Positions 19,283-29,100 of a stretch of DNA of 39,844 nucleotides are shown here, piece by piece. The notes below the pieces were generated by a model. It worked only from the letters and a program-made list of their open reading frames with translations. It made no database searches and was not told the origin of the DNA. Numbering within the stretch: the stretch's first letter is position 1; the number at the start of each line of letters is the position of its first letter. Both the position numbers and the translations under genes were made by a program. The stretch is from NCBI GenBank assembly GCA_948744995.1, contig CAPZCD010000001.1, forward strand, positions 1-39,844. The letters are read 5' to 3'. The stretch comes from an uncultured Rickettsiales bacterium. Its GTDB lineage: Bacteria > Pseudomonadota > Alphaproteobacteria > Rickettsiales > UBA1997.

Positions 19283-19739
19283 GCATGTATCAAATATGTA
19301 TATTATTTCTATATGTATATTATATTTTATTTGTCTAGAGCACCTTTCAAATATAGATGCACATATATTACTCATGCTAATGCTAATGCTAGTAATATTA
19401 GTATTAAATATGGTATATATAATAAGTAGTATTAATCTAACTAGAAAAGAAAGTAAATTTTATTTATACACCATGTATTTCTTTTTAGTAATGAATATTC
19501 TATATATAATTTCTATCATATATAAAGGCTTTATTCAAGGTGGAGTTCCAGATTTTTTATTACCCTACCTAGTTTTATTAAAATTCGTATTACTCCTAAA
19601 TAATATCTATATACCTTATCATTATCTGGACAATAAATATCTAAAATATACAATAATACTTGTTAGTTTGACATATTTTGCTATAGAAACTTATCATGGT
19701 GTTTTATTTGCTCTAAGCCCAGATGCTGGTTCACTATGA
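19122..19739 (+). CDS. multi-pass integral membrane protein (cassette partner A; immunity-like, hypothetical)
   Basis: 205 aa preceded by AAGGAG 8 nt upstream and starting 20 nt after the Gly-rich gene stop. It is almost entirely hydrophobic, with about 5-6 predicted helices by eye. It is a divergent paralog of 19953-20528, sharing L(Y/F)LW, NYL.FGF(K/R)N, ESK..(L/F)YT and NKYLKY. Confidence 0.7.
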   Translation: MFSVIVEMINIFLGIFCWGVIYFGRFFDTLYLWILIIVNVISNYLTFGFKNVNVHVSNMYIISICILYFICLEHLSNIDAHILLMLMLMLVILVLNMVYIISSINLTRKESKFYLYTMYFFLVMNILYIISIIYKGFIQGGVPDFLLPYLVLLKFVLLLNNIYIPYHYLDNKYLKYTIILVSLTYFAIETYHGVLFALSPDAGSL

Positions 19740-19941
19740 AATTTTGGATGATAAAATTGGTGGAATTAAAAATGAGCTTAGTGCTGGACTTGGTGCCATG
19801 CTTGATGCTGGGCTTGGTCCCGGTGGCAGACTTGGAGGAAGACAAGGAGGAGTAGGAAATAATAATAGGCCTGGTGGACTTGGCGGAGGAGGCTTTGGTA
19901 ACGGAGCTGGTGGTTTTGGTGGTGGTTTTGGTAGATTTTAA
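19723..19941 (+). CDS. 72-aa Gly-rich tail-only ORF (cassette 2; orphan copy of the 17323 gene 3' end)
   Basis: Its sequence is MLVHYEILDDKIGGIKNELSAGLGAMLDAGLGPGG...GGFGGGFGRF. The DNA matches 18535-18585 joined to 18885-19101 of the full gene, as if the internal ~300-bp repeat block were deleted. There is no SD, and the ATG overlaps the end of the upstream membrane gene by 17 nt. Translation is therefore uncertain (coupling, or a silent cassette). Confidence 0.4.
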   Translation: MLVHYEILDDKIGGIKNELSAGLGAMLDAGLGPGGRLGGRQGGVGNNNRPGGLGGGGFGNGAGGFGGGFGRF

Positions 19942-19952
19942 TAACTTTAGGA

Positions 19953-20528
19953 GTGTATATGTTATCTGAGTTTTTGCATTCTATTAAGAATACGATTGGT
20001 CTTATTGCATTTGTAAGTTTATTTATAAATGCCCTGTTTTTATGGCTTCCTATTATCAATAATGCAATTTTAAATTACTTGGTTTTCGGTTTTAGGAATA
20101 TAAAAGCTCATATGCTGAATACGGTAGTTATTTTTTTACAAATATTACTATTTGTTTATACGAATTCAGAGGATATAATTATTGCATATATCATACCGAT
20201 ACCCTGGTTGATCTATATGATTAGCAGTATCCTATATTTTAAGTGGGAAAGTAAGTTAACATTTTATACTATTTGTGTAATCTTAATATTATTTATGATG
20301 TGGATAATCTACCTCATCGTCACTAGTAGTTTGCACAATGACTTTTTTATTATAATAGCATACTGTAACTTTATATTTGGACTAACATTACCGATGTCTA
20401 ATGTACAACTGTTGAAACATCACTCCATCAATAAATATTTAAAATATATTACACTATTGATCAGTATAGCCTATGTTACCACATTAACCTATTTTTGTTT
20501 TAACTTTGCTCTGCATCCACCTAAATAA
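19953..20528 (+). CDS. multi-pass integral membrane protein (cassette partner B; immunity-like, hypothetical)
   Basis: 191 aa with AGGAG upstream, starting 11 nt after the cassette-2 tail stop. It is hydrophobic throughout and a divergent paralog of 19122-19739. Confidence 0.7.
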   Translation: MYMLSEFLHSIKNTIGLIAFVSLFINALFLWLPIINNAILNYLVFGFRNIKAHMLNTVVIFLQILLFVYTNSEDIIIAYIIPIPWLIYMISSILYFKWESKLTFYTICVILILFMMWIIYLIVTSSLHNDFFIIIAYCNFIFGLTLPMSNVQLLKHHSINKYLKYITLLISIAYVTTLTYFCFNFALHPPK

Positions 20529-20546
20529 ATTTTTGAAGATAGAGGA

Positions 20547-20857
20547 ATGTACCCATTGGAATATCTAAATCAGTTTACACCTAATCCAACAAAGAATACT
20601 GTGTTAAATAATCAAAATCCTCAGAATTTGCCAAGAGATTTGGGCTCGGTGCTATGCTTGATGCCGGACTTGGTCCCGGTGGTAGATTTGGAGGAGAACC
20701 CGGAGGAGCAGGAAATAATAATAGGCCTGGTGGGTTTGATGGAGGAGGATGGAATCCCGGAAATGGTAGATTTGGTGGAGGAGGCTTTGGTAATGGACCT
20801 AATGGATTCGGCGGAATGAACTTCGGTGGTGGTCCAGGCGGTTTTGGTAGATTTTAG
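20547..20857 (+). pseudogene. frameshifted Gly-rich tail ORF (cassette 3)
   Basis: The track gives two overlapping frames, 20547-20819 and 20654-20857. A novel 33-aa N-terminus (MYPLEYLNQFTPNPTKNTVLNNQNPQNLPRDLG) runs into tail homology. A 7-nt deletion relative to the main gene (GAGCTTGGCGCCGGACTTGGTGCCATG versus GATTTGGGCTCGGTGCTATG) shifts the frame. The Gly-rich frame itself is closed upstream by TAA at 20606. Confidence 0.5.
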
Positions 20858-21038
20858 TATTTTAAGGAGAATATTGTATGTTCAGTGTTATAGTTGAAAT
20901 GATTAATATTTTTTTAGGTATTTTTTACTGGGGTGTGATCTATTTTGGTCGGTTTTTTGATACTTTATATCTGTGGATTTTGATTATAGTTAATGTTATT
21001 TCAAATTATTCAACTTTTGGTTTTAAAAATGTAAATGT
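20648..21038 (+). repeat. 391-bp direct repeat, copy 2
   Basis: See 18892-19282. Confidence 0.9.
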
Positions 21039-21102
21039 ATATATAAATGTATATATATCAAATGCATGTAGTATTCCTATATGTATAATTCCAGATCCTT
21101 GA
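20878..21102 (+). pseudogene. truncated copy of membrane protein A (cassette 3 partner)
   Basis: The first ~54 codons are almost identical to 19122-19739 (MFSVIVEMINIFLGIF(C/Y)WGVIYFGRFFDTLYLWILIIVNVISNY...). Homology decays after ~21040 and the frame stops at 74 aa, against 205 aa for the full copy. Confidence 0.6.
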
Positions 21103-21212
21103 CAACTTACTAAATTCTTCTTTTACAAAAGGCATAATAATGACAAATCCTAATAACATCTTAATAGATTTAAATTCAAAAAAGTAAAAAATAATTATTA
21201 TCAAAAACTTTA

Positions 21213-21791
21213 TTGAAAATAGTTTTATTATTATTTATATTAGTAATAATTATTCAAATTCACTTTAATATTTTGAAGTTTTTTAGATATTTGATTTTAT
21301 TAGTGGTTGCCACTTTTTTTTGTTTGTCTAGCTGGGCCGAAATCATAGATAGCAAAAAAATTATCAACAAAGATTTTGATGTTTGGAGAGTATCCTGTGA
21401 AGAAGATGAGATGTTGGGTAAGATGAGGTGTAGACTATTTGTTGAAGTAACAGGTGATACAACGTTTTTTGTAATACCAAACGAAAACAATAAAATACTA
21501 ATTATTTCAAAAGATGGTTATTACGGTAAAAGTGTTTTCGTAAAAGTTGATAATAATAAAATATTAGCATCAAAGTCACTGTCGGATTTAAAATATGGAG
21601 CTGTTGAATTTAGTAAAACAGATCTCGATTTAATCTTTAAACAAATGCAGACGGGTAAATTTGTTTATCTGCGATTTTATATAAAAGATAAGGTTTCTGT
21701 TAATGGTTATAAGGAGATGACGGTAAAATTCTCGCTGAATGAATTTAAAAATGCTTTGGACTACTATAATAAGCAGATCAAGAAGTATTAA
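21213..21791 (+). CDS. periplasmic IalB-like (invasion-associated locus B family) protein, tentative
   Basis: 192 aa from TTG 21213. An alternative TTG at 21273 gives a classical signal, MKFFRYLILLVVATFFCLSSWA. WRVSCEEDEMLGKMRCRLFVEV fits the IalB W-x-v-x-C...C-x-l pattern, and the later VKVDNNK...FKQMQTGKFVYLRFY fits its second block. This rests on motif recall only. Confidence 0.5.
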   Translation: MKIVLLLFILVIIIQIHFNILKFFRYLILLVVATFFCLSSWAEIIDSKKIINKDFDVWRVSCEEDEMLGKMRCRLFVEVTGDTTFFVIPNENNKILIISKDGYYGKSVFVKVDNNKILASKSLSDLKYGAVEFSKTDLDLIFKQMQTGKFVYLRFYIKDKVSVNGYKEMTVKFSLNEFKNALDYYNKQIKKY

Positions 21792-21823
21792 CTATAAATA
21801 TTATTAATTAAAATGGAGCTAAT

Positions 21824-22837
21824 ATGGCAGTGAAAGTTGCGATAAATGGTTTTGGAAGGATTGGAAGATGTGTATTTAGAGCATACATGGAGAATTTAAC
21901 AAAATATAAAGATATTGAAATAGTTGCTATAAATGATTTAACACCTATAGAAACAAATGCTTATCTTTTAAAATATGATTCGGTGCATGGTAAGTTTGGT
22001 GGCACTATAGAGATTAAAGGGGGAGATATAGTCGTAAATAATAAGGTGGTTAAGGTATGTTCTGAAAAAGAAGTTAGCGCTCTGCCTTGGAAGGAATTAG
22101 GTATTGATGTGGTGCTGGAATGTACTGGTTTGTTTACAACGAAAGAAACTGCTGGAAAACATCTGGATGCCGGTGCTAAAAAAGTTATAATATCAGCTCC
22201 AACTAAAGGTGATGGTGTAAAAACTGTTGTGGTAGGTGTTAATGATGGTGATTTAACCTCTAGTGATACCATAATTTCAAATGGTTCCTGTACTACAAAT
22301 TGTCTGGCTCCAGTGGCTAAAATATTGGATAGAGAAATAGGAATAGTTAAAGGTCATATGACAACGGTTCATGCCTTTACGAACGATCAAAGAACGGTGG
22401 ACTGCGCACATAAAGATTTAAGAAGGGCTAGGGCTGCAAGTTTGTCAATGATTCCAACAACAACTGGAGCTGCTAAAGCAGTTGCGTTGGTATTGCCACA
22501 ACTTAAAGGTAAACTTGATGGAGTTTCTATAAGGGTTCCAACACCGGATGTATCTTTTGTTGATTTGTCGTTTGAAGCTAAAAGAAATACATCGGTTGAT
22601 GAAATTCACAGTATTGTTACGAAAGCTGTTGGTGGTGAGTTAAAGGGAATTTTGGATTGTACTAATGAGCAGATGGTATCGATAGATTTTACTCATGATT
22701 CACACAGTTCTATATTTGATTTCAGCCAAACGAAGGTTATTGAGGGGAATTTTGTAAGAATTGGTTCCTGGTATGATAATGAGTGGGGTTTTTCCAATAG
22801 AATGTTGGATAATGCTATTAATTGGATGAAGAAATAA
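21824..22837 (+). CDS. gap: glyceraldehyde-3-phosphate dehydrogenase
   Basis: 337 aa with INGFGRIGR, the SCTTNCLAP active site, HAFTNDQ, IPTTTGAAKA and WYDNEWGFSNR. Confidence 0.97.
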   Translation: MAVKVAINGFGRIGRCVFRAYMENLTKYKDIEIVAINDLTPIETNAYLLKYDSVHGKFGGTIEIKGGDIVVNNKVVKVCSEKEVSALPWKELGIDVVLECTGLFTTKETAGKHLDAGAKKVIISAPTKGDGVKTVVVGVNDGDLTSSDTIISNGSCTTNCLAPVAKILDREIGIVKGHMTTVHAFTNDQRTVDCAHKDLRRARAASLSMIPTTTGAAKAVALVLPQLKGKLDGVSIRVPTPDVSFVDLSFEAKRNTSVDEIHSIVTKAVGGELKGILDCTNEQMVSIDFTHDSHSSIFDFSQTKVIEGNFVRIGSWYDNEWGFSNRMLDNAINWMKK

Positions 22838-22856
22838 TTAAAAAAATAATTTTGGC

Positions 22857-22880
22857 AGGTCAGGTATAACCTGACCTTTT
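22857..22880 (+). terminator. rho-independent terminator of gap
   Basis: AGGTCAGG-tataa-CCTGACCT is a perfect 8-bp stem. TTTTGAGTTGATTTTTT follows it, 20 nt after the gap stop. Confidence 0.7.
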
Positions 22881-22941
22881 GAGTTGATTTTTTATATTGA
22901 TTTGCTATTACTATAGTTAGTTATTAAAAGGAGTTTTTGTT

Positions 22942-23142
22942 ATGGTAACAAAAAATAACCCAAGGAATAGGGGTGATTCCGGTAAAAAGGTTGTTTTTAA
23001 TGGTAAGGAAGTAGAACCGGTTATGTTCTATGATACCGATAAAAAAATAAGTTATTTGTCCGCTAAAGTTTCGAAGTCTAATGATGTTATTTGTGATTCG
23101 AATAATGATCCTATTAAGTGGAGTAGTGTTGCTGGTAATTAG
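22942..23142 (+). CDS. small hydrophilic hypothetical protein upstream of the giant gene
   Basis: 66 aa with a strong SD, AAAGGAG, 8 nt before the ATG. It has no signal peptide and no recognisable family. It ends 36 nt before the giant ORF. Confidence 0.5.
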   Translation: MVTKNNPRNRGDSGKKVVFNGKEVEPVMFYDTDKKISYLSAKVSKSNDVICDSNNDPIKWSSVAGN

Positions 23143-23178
23143 AGTTTGATAATTTTTATTTAAGGTAAGGGAATTATA

Positions 23179-26100
23179 ATGAAAAACAAACAGTGTTTTT
23201 TTGGTAAATGTCGTATTTTTTCGTTTTTTAGATGTTTAGCTAGTGTTTTTATAATACTTATTTCTGTTAATGGTGGGATTTTTGGAGTTACATTACCAAA
23301 TTGTAATGTAGATATAAATGGAGTTGATGATAATTTGATACCTGATTTAATACAGTTAGCAACTACCGGTAATAATACAAATAAGCTATTCCTTATCGTA
23401 AAAAAAGATGAATTTGATAAGGGCAATATGTGTTATACAGCAACTGATAGTTATGTTAAGTGTGATAATGCAAGAATAAAAGGAGTGGGTGATTGTACAG
23501 ATAATATTGTTTGTGAAAGTGGCTATAGCGTATCTTGTGAGAGTAATAATAATGTCACCACTTGTAAATGTAAAAAGGGAACTGAAACAAAGGATTTTAC
23601 CGGAAAAGGAAATTGTACTGATTTTAATAACTATATTTCCTGCGAATCAAAAGATACTAGCTTAGATAAGGCTTGCTATCCGGAAAATCATATATGTTTG
23701 AAATATGGAAGTTATTATAAAAATAATGAAATGCTGTATAAGAAAGACGTACAAAATGAGAATGATAAATTTTATGTCTATAAAAAAAACATCATCAATT
23801 CTGGCACTAATAAAAATTGTGAATTTTATGTATTTCCCTGTGATTACAAGATTAGGAATGAATCAGCACCGGCTTTGAATGCCTGGCAAAATCAAGTTAA
23901 TTTAGTTGTTTCAGGGACTGCTAATGATAACAATAAATTATTTGTAAAAAATATATTTGGTAGTTTGGGTAATATGTCATTTTTTATCCAAGCAGGAGAG
24001 TGTGATATTAGTAATGGTACCTGTAGTGGTAACTGTAGTAGAGATAGTGGTGATAATCAATGTTCTACAGCTGAAGTTATAAAGAAAAGTTACTATTATA
24101 AATATTATGATAGTAATAGAAATGTACTGTTTTATTATGAGAAAAACATAGCCACCGGTAAGGAGAATAATATTGGAAGAATTTGTAATAAATATCTTCC
24201 AAATTGTGTTGATTTAAGACCTAATGATTCTATGGTTGTTTTATATCAGAATAAATCAAATATATCTAAACTTGAAAATAACACTAAAGCCAGAATAGAT
24301 TTTTACAAGAATAATATAGGGGATGGTTTTTCGGTCAATGAGGCTAATTTGTATTATTTATCATCTCCAGGCGCAGCTGATGCGTTATGTCTATCTAAGG
24401 AAGGCGCTGGTAATATTGATATTGGTTATTGTTCTGATATTGGTAAGAATGGAAGTTTAAAGTATAGATATGGTTTGACTTTAGCTTATTTTAAAAAAGA
24501 CAATACAGTAAAGCCAAATTGTTATTTGAAAAGTTGTATAGATCTCACTCCAGAAGAATTTGAAGTTATAAAAAGGGAAGGTGCAATTGATAAAAAGTAT
24601 TGTAGTGAATACTATTGGTTGTCTAATAGTAAGAGTTTAAAATATTTTCCGAAAGAGAAACCAATATACTGTTCGGATATTGAAAATGGTCATCTTAAGT
24701 TTTCTTTGCTGCATGAAATGAAAAATTTCTGTACCGACTATGATGATGAAGGAAAATGCAAAAGCGAGAAGGATATAAAATACTACGCCGGCGGTGGTCT
24801 TGATAGAGAAAAAGGTAATTGTTATGTAAAAAATTGTTATTCTTTAACTAAAGATGAAAGAAAATTGGTAGCTGATGCTAAGATTAATAATATAGGGTTG
24901 GAAATAGAAAGAGCTTGCCCCGAAGGAAGTAACTGTGATTATCAAAATAATTTTAAATCTGATAATATACCGGTATATTGTGACAACGGTTTTTTATTTA
25001 ATAAAGATACTCCCGGTTATACGAATTTTGAACCGATAAATCTTAATGTTATTCCATGTTATGAGTTTCAAAAAGAACAGTTAAATAATATTGGTGCCGA
25101 AAGAGTTTTATTGTTTACTGAATTAATCGGAAAAGATGGTAAACATGGTATGGGTGACAAAAAATATAATACAGATTTAGCCTTAAAGAAGGAAGATTCA
25201 GATTCTAGGTTTGTATTTTGTAGAACTCACTACGTACCTTTAAATTTAATAAAAAAAGCTGAAGATAATGGCACAAAAGCATCCTTTTTGAGGACGAGAG
25301 TGATATTGGCTAATGAAGAAGATAAGGCTGGTAATATTAATATTTATAGCTATGAAAATAAAAAAACCTTAGAAGATTTTGGTATAAAATATTTCCATGA
25401 TGATATGGGATATCAAAAGGTAAAATTTACATCGCGTAAACTGGATGAATTTAAGGATGTAAATAATTATATGAATATTTTAAGTTTTGTGGATAATGTA
25501 TTTCCCTACTATAATGCTGATTTAGCCGGTATGCAATCGTCTGATATATTTAATGGCAACGAAATAATCGGTTTTAAAATTAATGCCGTAAAACAAAAAA
25601 ATTCTGTTTTTTTTGACTGTTTAAATGATGAAAATAGAAAAAAACAAAAACAAAGTAAAGATGATGATTTAATAAAAGACGAAAATTGTAAAGATTGTGT
25701 TGGTGGTAAAGACGGAGATAGTCAAGAAAAATGTTTATATAATAAAAAAAATAAAGATAATGAAAAAATTTGTATGAAATATGTTCCTTTAGACTATGAA
25801 TGCAAACGTGAATGTTGTGATGGTAAAGATAGTATTACAGAAAATTACTGTTATATTGAAGACTTTGCTAAAGAAAAAATGTCGAATGCAAATTTTTATA
25901 TAGCTGAAACTGATAATACAGGTTATTTAGATTGTCCTGTGTATGCATACGCTGCTGCTGGTAGTGAAGAATATAAAAAATTTACAAATGGTATTATAGG
26001 TGATTTTTTAGAAGAAGTTGGAAAAGATAAACTTGATATAATAAAAGCTGCTTGTGATGATTTACTACCTATTGTTGATGACAGAAAATTACCAGAGGCT

Positions 26101-29100
26101 AGTATTTTACAACAATTAATAAAACCAAATAAAGTTGATATTAATTTTTCCAATAGTAGTGGTTCCCCTGGTAAACATGATCTAGAACGCTATGGTTGTA
26201 CTAAATTCAATGAAGTAAATCTGTATACTCATGGTTTATATGGTTGTAAATTACCAGATATAGATAGTTCATATTTTAATACCATTCTCAATCCGGTAAA
26301 TTTGTATAATGGTTCTGAAAAACCGACAGAACAAAAAATAACCGACCTTAGTGTATGCTCTAGGTATCAAAATGATGTACTTGGGGAAAGCAGCAAATGT
26401 GGCCAAAGAGAAGGAAGCCAATACAGGGATAAATGTTTAGATTTTAGTTTAGATGTATCAGATCGTAATTCAAATACACTGGATGATTCACCACAAAAAT
26501 CTAAATGGATATTTGAAGAATCAACCGGCGGTTCGAGATTTAGAACTTTTAGAGAGAATAGAGATATATATGCTATAAGAGATTTTCACACCTATCACTA
26601 TTGTTCGGCCACTGAAAATTTTGAAGGTAAAGATGATAAGGGCGCTGCATATGTATACGCCGCGGGATTTACAGCAGGAGCTGCCATAGGTACTGTTGCT
26701 TGTCCAATTGGATGCATCCCGGGGTGTATCTTTGCATTATTTGCAACCGGAGCTTGTATAGCCATTTGTATACCTGTCTGTATTGTTGCTACTGCTGCAG
26801 TAACTGGTGCTATCTATTTAGCTGCCAGATACGATCAGTGGAATTTAAATTTACAAAATGATTTGCAAATAGCCCGTGGTTATAACTTAAATAATTATCA
26901 AAATAAAGGTTTTATAACTCCAACTCTTGTGACAGATAATAACAACTACATCTATAGATTTTATTCTCGTTCGGATGATATAGAGGAAGATTTAGCTAAT
27001 AAGTTGAATGCTAATAGTGAATATTTTAAAGAAAACACTTTAGGTATAGATATATTAAAGAAATGTGGTATTAGTGTTATACCTAAAGATAGTACAGGTG
27101 AAGTTATAAATTTTGGTTTACTTGAATTAACTAAATCCGAACATGATGATAATATGGGATATAATTTTAGTTATAAGATTAAAAAATTTGAAGATGATGG
27201 TAAAGTTTCTATTGATGATTGTGGTGAATCCGATATAAAAAATTGCCTAAATGAAAAACAAAGGAAATGTGTTGAAGGTTATGGTGTGTCATTTTTTGAT
27301 GGAAATTTTATTAAATATATTAATAAAAATTTTATGCTAAACGAAGGCGGATTTTTAAAAAGATACAATAAAGGTGATATAGCAAAAGATGATTGGGGAA
27401 GTTTAGCCAGTCCTTCAAATAAAAATCGTGATTGGTTACCGGTTGACATTATTTATAATACTTTGGATACACAAAGTGAAGATGATATTAAGCAAAATGG
27501 AAATTGTAAAATAGGACTATTTGGCGATCCAATAGGCGATTTATCAAGATGCAGGGGTTTTAGTCTAAATTGCAAAAATGGTTCTGATAAAGATAAAGTT
27601 ATTTGTAATAAATTGGGAACAGAATTTAGTGAAGTACAAACATTTTTTACCGAAAGTCAAGCATTAAAATTGCCATTAGCAGGTCACCCTTTCTTTTTTT
27701 ATACATTACTTACACCAAAAAATACTCCGGAAATGTTTGATCCTTCTATTTTTGTTGAAGAATTTTGTAAATACAGTACTGATGCGTTTAGTTGTAAAGA
27801 AGGAAAAAGTATGACACCCAACGATGGTTTAAATAAGCTAGTACTTAATTTTTTTGAACCTATATTAAAAATTGGTTATGAATATAATGGCGGTATCGCC
27901 AATAACGATTTTAAAAATCATTTTACTCAATATAATAATTTTATTTCCTATATTAGTTCATTAAATAACAGTAGTCCGGATAACTATAGCTATAGCTGTC
28001 CTTATCAGGTAAAATATAAAAGTAACTATATTCAAACCGAAAGACAATATACTTACGTACTACACAGAACTTTCGAACAAGGTGCACATGATGAATATAT
28101 ACCTAAGGTATGTCTCTACAGAATAGTTAATGTTGAAGGTAGCAATAGTGTTAATACAATTTATAATTTTTATATAGATAATAAATGTTCTAAGAAAGAT
28201 GGTGTCTTGCAAAAAAACGGTTATATTATTATAGATAATAATGTTATGTGCTTTCCAAGAGCTCCGCTCAGTTTTGATAATCTAGTATTAGCTGAAAGCC
28301 CGGACATCAATTATAATAGACCATACATAAATTCAAAGATTACTGATAAGAATAGTGGAACTGATTATAAACTTATGCAAAGTGACGGAAGTGATGATAT
28401 AATGGATTTTGGTGAGAGTAGAGATCTTGGGTTTGGTTTAAATTTCACCAGAAGCTACTGCTCTAAGTTGTACTATGATTATTATAAATATGTAGATCAA
28501 TTAGAAAAAGGTGGGGATACTCTTGACCAAGCGACTATTAACCGAATAAATAAATCAATAAATAGTATAGAATCTTATGTGAGAAGTGATTGTGATAAAG
28601 AAAATGGATATGAAAGCGAATTTTTGATAAATGAATCAGAAATGAAATCTAAAATTGATGATGAAAATAAAAATATTCCAGATAGTGAAGTTGTTTTCAA
28701 GGAAACAGTAATAGTAAGAAAAAATAATAGTGCTTATGGTGGTTTTAATGAATTATGCGTTAGCGATTATGATATAGATAATATTTTTAGTATAAATAAG
28801 GAATATGCTATTTCCGATGAATTAACTGATTTTCCTGAAGTTTTTGCTTTTGCGAGTGACAATAATGATGGAGTTGATACAAAATGTTTGCTCAGTGACA
28901 GCAGTAGAGAAGATACTTCCTGTATGGTTACCGATAGGTTTGCTTATCTATATTTAACCAAAGCTGAGGAAGAGAATTATTCAGTTAATTGTGAAGATGG
29001 TAAATGTAAAAAAGGTGTTAGTGGTTGTAATGAAGAGCAATGTAGATTATATGTTAATGTAGATTCGCTTGAAAGAATTCCACTAAAAAAGTATGAATGT

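Noticed and set aside
19723-19764. A double-glycine bacteriocin leader in the 72-aa Gly-rich ORF (MLVHYEILDDKIGG|IK...).
   Set aside because: It has a tempting GG and a hydrophobic/acidic pattern. However, the register is off by one relative to the LSxxELxxIxGG consensus and the leader would be only 14 aa. The same KIGGIK string is internal in the 592-aa protein, and no C39-peptidase exporter is in the window.
19778-20059. A 93-aa minus-strand ORF spans the cassette-2 tail and the start of membrane gene B.
   Set aside because: It is antisense to two co-linear plus-strand ORFs with SDs, and its Q/H-rich sequence is an artefact.
22966-22977. An RGDS integrin-binding-like motif in the 66-aa ORF (NRGDSG).
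   Set aside because: A tetrapeptide is expected by chance, and the protein has no signal peptide.
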